Assembly: GCA_000708835.1 (NCBI GenBank)
Contig: DF237463.1
Coordinates: 26,038-67,136 of the forward strand
DNA from: Klebsormidium nitens
Taxonomy: Eukaryota; Plantae; Klebsormidiophyceae
Reading direction: 5' to 3'
DNA length: 41,099 nucleotides
The notes beneath the pieces are model-generated. The model did not search any database, was not told the origin of the DNA, and saw nothing but the letters and a program-made list of their open reading frames with translations. Positions 35,601-41,099 of this stretch are shown in pieces; within the stretch, counting starts at the first letter, position 1, and each line of letters starts with the position of its first letter. Position numbers and translations under genes: made by a program.

Positions 35601-36135
35601 TTTAAATTCGATTGCTGCATCTTGCGGAATGGAGAATTTGATTGTTGTCTGAGGCAGACTGCGCTGAAACTCTCATCTCGTACTTGCCTGAAGCCGCCGT
35701 TTTTGAGAATGGTTTTTTCCGATCTAGATCTGTATCTGGTGCCTAGACTCCGTTGAATTCTCAACCAGCTAAACGAGAAGTAAACGTTCTCGTGACCCTT
35801 CTGTCGTGGACATACTCCCCGGTTCTGTCGAGCTTTTCAAGGTACCACTTACTTTCGGTCTCTTGAGGCATCTCCTGTCTATGTCGACTTCCGAGTATTT
35901 ACCGGTTTTCATCGTTCCGTCGCAGGGTTTCTTGTTCATGCTCTGCGCCCTGTGCCCGGAGGACGTCTCGAAAGTGCGGGTTGGCCGGCTATCACCGAAT
36001 GCAATAAGGATGCTCCGGTGTATAAAAGACTTCTTTGGAGTTCAGTTTAGTATAAAACCCGATTCGGCTACTGGGACTGTCATTCTGTCTTGTGTGGGCA
36101 GCGGGTATAAGAATCTGAGCAGGAAGGTTGGATAG
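32642..36135 (+). CDS. RCL1: RNA 3'-terminal phosphate cyclase-like protein (18S rRNA processing factor); 375 aa
   Basis: Exons: 32642-32834, 33351-33577, 34151-34255, 34805-34980, 35194-35410, 35926-36135 (1128 nt). Motifs: FRQRLVCATL, PGLRDFE, INETGTRLRYKPG, RGIGYFLEPL, LRGVTN, SxDTFRTTTLPLL-like GVDTFRTTTLPLL, KRGAPPLGGGEV, DVYIFTD, SPGYG, PEDIG, VDSTHQ, CVGSGYKN. Confidence 0.93.
33159..33174 (+). promoter_or_regulatory. Telo-box-like interstitial telomeric motif in RCL1 intron 1
   Basis: AAACCCTAACCCTAAA contains the plant telo-box AAACCCTA. Function not shown. Confidence 0.3.
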
Positions 36136-37304
36136 GTGTTGGTTCGAGTCTAGCCTAACGTCGCTGTATTATACGAGCATTCGCCGCCTGACTGCAAGAG
36201 CACTCTGCCTTTGGTCAATCCGTACCACGCGCAGGCACTTAATTCTGCCGCCTTTATAAGTCCCAGTCTGTCTGCGAGTCACTGAGTGGGTGCGTCTTTC
36301 CATCATCTCCCGGGTCCCCGTACGCACAAGGCAAAAGTAGAATATGGTACCTAGCTCGACAAAGCTCATGGTAGTGACATCGCCAGATGTTTCCGCCATG
36401 CCATGGATCGACCTTCCTGCGCATTACAGCTCTTTACACAAGCAAGACCGCCTAGGGACTAGTCGGAGTTTACTGCACGTGAACGTGTGGGCTGAGCATA
36501 CGTGTGCACAATCGTTGAACCATGCTGCATAAAAAGTTGCTTTCAATGTTAGACTGCCCTATATAGGCTGACGCTAGAAGCCAGCAACAAGTTGCATGCA
36601 TGTATGTGCAAAACCAAATCTATTTGGTTGCAGCCTCTCAAGTTCGAAGCCATATATATGTGCGGCATATGCCTAGGACGGCCATGCAGCTGGCGCCACT
36701 GACACCGTTCTGGATATCTCTTGATTTCATGGACAATTGTGTAGAACTTACTAGGAGGGATTGCATGATTGAACCGGCCAGTTGAAGTCTCAAAACATTG
36801 GATCAAGCTGGACAGGTTACGTGAAGACAGACGTGAGAGTTAGGCGACACGTATCCTGCACGGCCCGCGAGCAACTGCATGCCAAATACAGAAATTTAAG
36901 GCGAATATGATCTCAAGGCCTATATACAACACAGTGGGACTATACGCCGTCAAGTTACATTAAACGTACACAACTCTCACGTACAGTCCGAGCAAGTACA
37001 ATACTTTGCGTGCCGGCTAATGATGGTGGTCGTTTGAGAGAAAAGCCATTAATCATGCAACGCTCAGTATCTAGGTGCTGGCCCCAATTCAAAGGCGTCA
37101 ACCAACATCCGAGCTGTACAGACCTTGCTAGCCATGAGCTGCGGGAGCCGAAAGTTGAAGTATCAAACCTTGGGTATCGACAAACAACAAGGAAAATTAG
37201 CAACGCCTGAATAGCACAAAGCAACGGACAATGGATTGCCTCCGATATATACGACTGGGCGCACGCACTACAGCCCCTTGAATGGCCATGAAAGGCACCG
37301 CTTG

Positions 37305-38468
37305 TCACGCCTTTGAAGCCAAACCTCGTACGCCTTTGAGAAGACGATCGATGCTACCGCTTGCTGACCCGGTCTCTAGAGAGTCCACCGCTGATTCCAG
37401 CACCCGTGCTTCACCCCTCAACACGTCGTATGCCATCCGGACTCGCCGCCTCGGCACCTTCTCTCCCTCAAACACGATGCTGTCGTCTAAGGAGACGAGC
37501 TCCAAGCCCTCAGTCGATCTTGCAGGTACCGGGGTGCTCCTCTTCCTCTTTCGCTGACGGTCAACGCCACTCAAGGACCCAGCAACCACTTCTTTCTTGG
37601 ACTCCAAAAACTCCGCTTTTGAACCGTCGGTTTTTGGCACCACATCTCCGGAGGTTTCCCCACCTCGCAACAGCTCCGCCAGCCGTGCTGCTTGCTCCCG
37701 ACACGTTCCAGACATGTCGTTGAGCCGAAATACAATCGTGAGGAGCGCGTCAATGTCCCTAAGCTCCGAGAGCCCACGCGGGGCCTGGGACCGTCGGAGC
37801 CGCTTGCCGCGCCCTTTGCCCTCTATCATGTCCAACTCTGCTGACGTCATGTTGATGATTCCTTCAAAGAACTGCATCCGCTGGAGCAACTTCTGGGCTC
37901 GGCCGGCTTTGTCAGGTTCGGACAGCTTCAGCATAAAAAGAACACCAACGTCTGGGTCTGCTAAAATAGTGCCCTCAGCTTTCGGGTCAAAGCCGTGAGC
38001 CCGCTGCAGGACTGCCAATTTCCGTGGCTTGAGGGGGTCATCAATTGGGAGCGGCATCCACACCGCCGCCTCGTCATGCCGAACCCAGTCTGAGATGGGG
38101 GATGCTTGACCCTGAGACCGGCGATTGTTGGGAGTAGGCTTTTTGGAGGTGGGGGCAGTGGAGGACTGCTGTCAATCTGAGGGCGTTGATAGTGCCACAT
38201 TGATAGTGGTTGTTGCCGCAGCTAGCGGCCTGAGAGATGCTCTAGTGTTCTGTGCACTTGCAGACCACTCTAGTTGGTCGGATGCCTCAGTTTTGCGCGC
38301 CTCCCTGGCTCGTAAACCAATATTGTGCAAGGCCACGGGCACAGGCTCATGGCACTTTGAGAGGCCAGCCGCCGACCATCGCTCAATACTGCTGATGGTC
38401 CATCTACCAACTTTAAAGTTGTTCTGCACCGCCGAGATAAGGCCCCTTGCCATCGCTTGAGGATACAT
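37305..38468 (-). pseudogene. Orphan 387-codon reading frame with one in-frame TGA (38174-38172); unknown product
   Basis: Track ORFs 38172..38468 and 37305..38063 are in the same frame. Translating 38171-38064 by hand gives an open linker QQSSTAPTSKKPTPNNRRSQGQASPISDWVRHDEAA. No recognisable domain; RKRKR is a possible NLS near the C-terminus. Confidence 0.5.
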
Positions 38469-38485
38469 TTCTGCTATCTACCGGA

Positions 38486-39078
38486 TGTAACTATGCCAAC
38501 ACAGGTTTAGCCCATGCACTGCCACCAGGTTCAGCGGACACGGCGCGCCAACATTGTCGAGGACCGGCACCCTCAGGCAGTACATAGTAGTACTAATAAA
38601 GGTGCTTACATCAAAGCTAGCGGTGGCAAGCGGTATACATCAGCTGCTGGAGCACCAGCTCTGCTCCACCTGTAGTACTGTACGGTAGGTACGGTAGGGT
38701 GCTCATGGCGACAGCCGCCCATGCACCAGCTGCTGNNNNNNNNNNNNNNNNNNNNNNNNNNNNNNNNNNNNNNNNNNNNNNNNNNNNNNNNNNNNNNNNN
38801 NNNNNNNNNNNNNNNNNNNNNNNNNNNNNNNNNNNNNNNNNNNNNNNNNNNNNNNNNNNNNNNNNNNNNNNNNNNNNNNNNNNNNNNNNNNNNNNNNNNN
38901 NNNNNNNNNNNNNNNNNNNNNNNNNNNNNNNNNNNNNNNNNNNNNNNNNNNNNNNNNNNNNNNNNNNNNNNNNNNNNNNNNNNNNNNNNNNNNNNNNNNN
39001 NNNNNNNNNNNNNNNNNNNNNNNNNNNNNNNNNGTATATCTACGGCTATAAATGCCTAACAATGATCCACGTGTTACA
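38486..39078 (-). repeat. Probable 3' LTR (~590 bp including the N gap)
   Basis: On the minus strand it begins TGTAAC at 39078, 4 nt after the purine tract, and ends GTTACA at 38486: a 6-bp terminal inverted repeat. The middle is N gap, so continuity is inferred. The 5' LTR is outside the window. Confidence 0.65.
38736..39033. other. Assembly gap (298 N)
   Basis: Run of N, inside the presumed LTR. Confidence 1.
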
Positions 39079-39082
39079 ACAG

Positions 39083-39092
39083 TCCCCCCCTT
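39083..39092 (-). promoter_or_regulatory. Polypurine tract (plus-strand primer for reverse transcription)
   Basis: Minus strand AAGGGGGGGA, lying between the pol stop codon and the LTR start. Confidence 0.85.
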
Positions 39093-39097
39093 AAGTA

Positions 39098-41099
39098 TCA
39101 GCAACGTCCTCGTTGCTGGGGTTTAAATTGCCAGACCAAGTGGGCGTCGACCCATTGGGCTTCGTGGAAGGGTTGGTCGCGGTAGGTTACTAAGTACTGG
39201 GTACGTTGCCGGGTACCGCGGCCTACGGTCCGTTCGTCTACGACGCCGTCGATAGGGTGCTGGGGCTGGTCGGCGGTGAGTACCGGAGGTGGTGGGGGTG
39301 GGTCGCGGTCTGTGAAGCGGTTTGGGTCATTGGGGTGGTAGGGTTTTAGCTGGGATACATGGAAGACTGGGTGAATGTTCATGTGGTCGGGTAGGTCTAG
39401 TTTGTACGCAGCCTCGGAGATAGTTTGTTGTACGGTGAATGGCCCGGTGTACTTGGGTGCTAGTTTGCGGACTTGGGAGCGGGTAGGGAGCGACAGGTGG
39501 GCGGTGGATAGGTATACTTGGTCGCCAGGTTGGAAGGTTTGGGGGCGGCGACGTTGGTCGGCGTACTGTTTTTTGTCGATTTTGGGCGAGTGCGAGGAGG
39601 GTTTTGGCGTGTTGTAGGGAGTACGCGATGTTATGTAGGAATTGATCGGCGGCGGGGGTATCGGAGGTAGGTGGTTTGAGGAGGTTGGAAGGTGTGAGGG
39701 GGTGTCTACCGGTGTTGAGGTAGAAGGGGGAGTGACCGGTAGAGAGTTGGACCGAGTTGTTATAGGCGAACTCGATAGGGGTAAGATAGAGGTCCCAGTC
39801 AGAGTGCCGGGCGTTGACGTAGGGTCGGAGGGCTTCCTCGATGACCCGGTTCACGCGCTCGGTTTGACCGTCGGTTTGGGGGTGGAAGGCGGTGGAGAAG
39901 GAGAGCTTGGTACCAAGGAGCCTGAAAAGGGACCGCCAAAAGTTAGAAGTGAACCGGGGGTCCCTGTCAGAGATAATGACGCGTGACAGTCCCTTATGAC
40001 GGAAAACATTATCAAAATATACTCGTGCGATGGCGGGCGCAGTGGTGTCATCAGAGATGGGAGCGATTTTTATTTCTTTAGATAACCGGTCGACGAAAAC
40101 AGCAATGCCTGAATTTCCTCGAGCGGTTTTGGGTAAGCCTGCAATTAAGTCCATAGTAATTTGCTCCCACCGCTCCTGGGGGATGGGAATAGGCTGTAGA
40201 AGTCCCCCAGGGCGGCGGTTGCTGGGCTTGTTGCGTTGGCACGCGTCGCACGAGCGGATGTAACGCCGGACGTCCGCTTGGAGGTCCGGCCAGTAGAAGG
40301 AGCGGTTGGTAAGCTCTTCGGTCTTGTCCATACCTAGATGGGCAGAGACGTTACAGTCGTGGTTAGTACGGAGTACGCGTGTACGGAGTGCGGGTACGGG
40401 TGGAATGTACAAGCGGCCGGAATGGTACAATAACCCATCGTCAAGCGAGAACGAGGCAAAAGCAGTGTCAGCCAAGATCATGCGCGAGACAGCCATCTGG
40501 GCATAGGGGTCAGCGGTGGTAGCGAGTCGGACATCGGTTAAGAATGCCCGGTCTGGGATCAGGGATGAGACAGCTGCGAGGACAGGTTGGTTAGTGGGCG
40601 GTTCCGGCTTGTGGTCCGGTCGTCTGGAGAGGGCGTCCGGTACAACGTTCAAGCGCCCTTCCCTGTACGTAAGGTTTAGGTTAAACTGGGCGAGTTGCTC
40701 CTCCCACCGGTGGTGGCGGGAGCGCATATACTCGAGTTTTAGCGGGAAGAGGAGTGGTCGGTGATCCGTACGGACGGTGACCGAGCGGCCGAGTAGGTAG
40801 TGCCGCCACTTGTGCGTGGCGTGTACTACGGCTAGCTGCTCTCGGTCGCGAGCGGAGTGATTGCGCTCAGCGCGGTTGAGTCGCTTGGACTCGAACGCGA
40901 CCGGTTGGAGGTTGGTACCGTTGGTACCTTGTAAGAGTACACCACCGACAGCAAAGTCAGAGGCGTCGATGTCAAGTGTACAAGGTAGGTCGGGGTTAAA
41001 GGGGCGTAGGATCGGTGCATGGGTCAGCGCAAATTTGAGTGAATGGAATGCATGGTTATGCCTTTCCGTCCACTCGAATTTGGCACCCTTCACCAGCAG
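39098..41099 (-). CDS. pol: Gypsy Pol C-terminal part (RNase H, integrase, chromodomain) with one +1 frameshift at 39569-39574
   Basis: RNase H: IDASDFAVGGVL, REQLAVV, VRTDHRPL, VPDALSRR. Integrase: H-H-C-C (NHDCNVSAHLG...CDAC) and D-D-E (ITMDL, ISDRD, QTERVN). After removing one A from the A6 run: QYADQRRR...KLAPKYTGPF (GPY/F motif)...HPVFHVSQLKPY, then chromodomain IDGVVDER...YLVTYRD...EAQWV. Confidence 0.92.

Larger units (their letters stand above)
38486..41099 (-). mobile_element. 3' part of a Ty3/Gypsy LTR retrotransposon (chromovirus), continuing beyond the right edge of the window
   Basis: Order on the minus strand: RT connection, RNase H, integrase, chromodomain, stop at 39100-39098, PPT, then LTR with TGTAAC...GTTACA ends. 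Confidence 0.93.

Noticed and set aside
38172-38201. A tiny intron removing the stop in the orphan ORF
   Set aside because: The nearest GT...AG would be about 30 nt long, far shorter than any modelled intron here (all over 140 nt).
39568-39574. AAAAAAC as a programmed -1 frameshift slippery site
   Set aside because: The codon phase is CAA AAA ACA, not X XXY YYZ, and restoring the chromodomain needs a +1 shift, not -1.
1-41099. tRNA, rRNA, CRISPR arrays or prokaryotic operon-like systems
   Set aside because: None were seen. The spliceosomal introns and gene content are eukaryotic, and the only spaced repeat is the intronic ~194-bp unit.

Overview
This is eukaryotic, intron-rich, GC-rich nuclear DNA. 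Gene content and style suggest a streptophyte green alga such as Klebsormidium (inference only). I rebuilt splice models by hand from GT/GC-AG boundaries and reading-frame phase. The window holds six spliced genes and one intronless gene: a 13-exon receptor-like kinase (+), exosome subunit RRP46 (-), an organellar ribosome recycling factor with a long N-terminal extension (+), a plastid-type double GST-N/thioredoxin-fold protein (-), an intronless F-box/LRR protein (+), VAC14 (-) and RCL1 (+). The last six form three head-to-head pairs. The right end carries the 3' half of a Ty3/Gypsy chromovirus (-): RNase H, integrase, chromodomain, PPT and a 3' LTR spanning an N gap. Just past the LTR is a 387-codon orphan reading frame broken by one TGA. 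Main findings: (1) the kinase ectodomain is two tandem 12-cysteine SPARK-like modules with near-identical Cys spacing; (2) VAC14 intron 8 has a ~194-bp tandem triplication that creates a 37-nt stop-containing decoy exon copying both ends of exon 9; (3) two GC-AG introns each have a competing GT 4 nt downstream; (4) the orphan ORF starts 17 nt from the LTR end. No database searches were run, so novelty claims are unverified.
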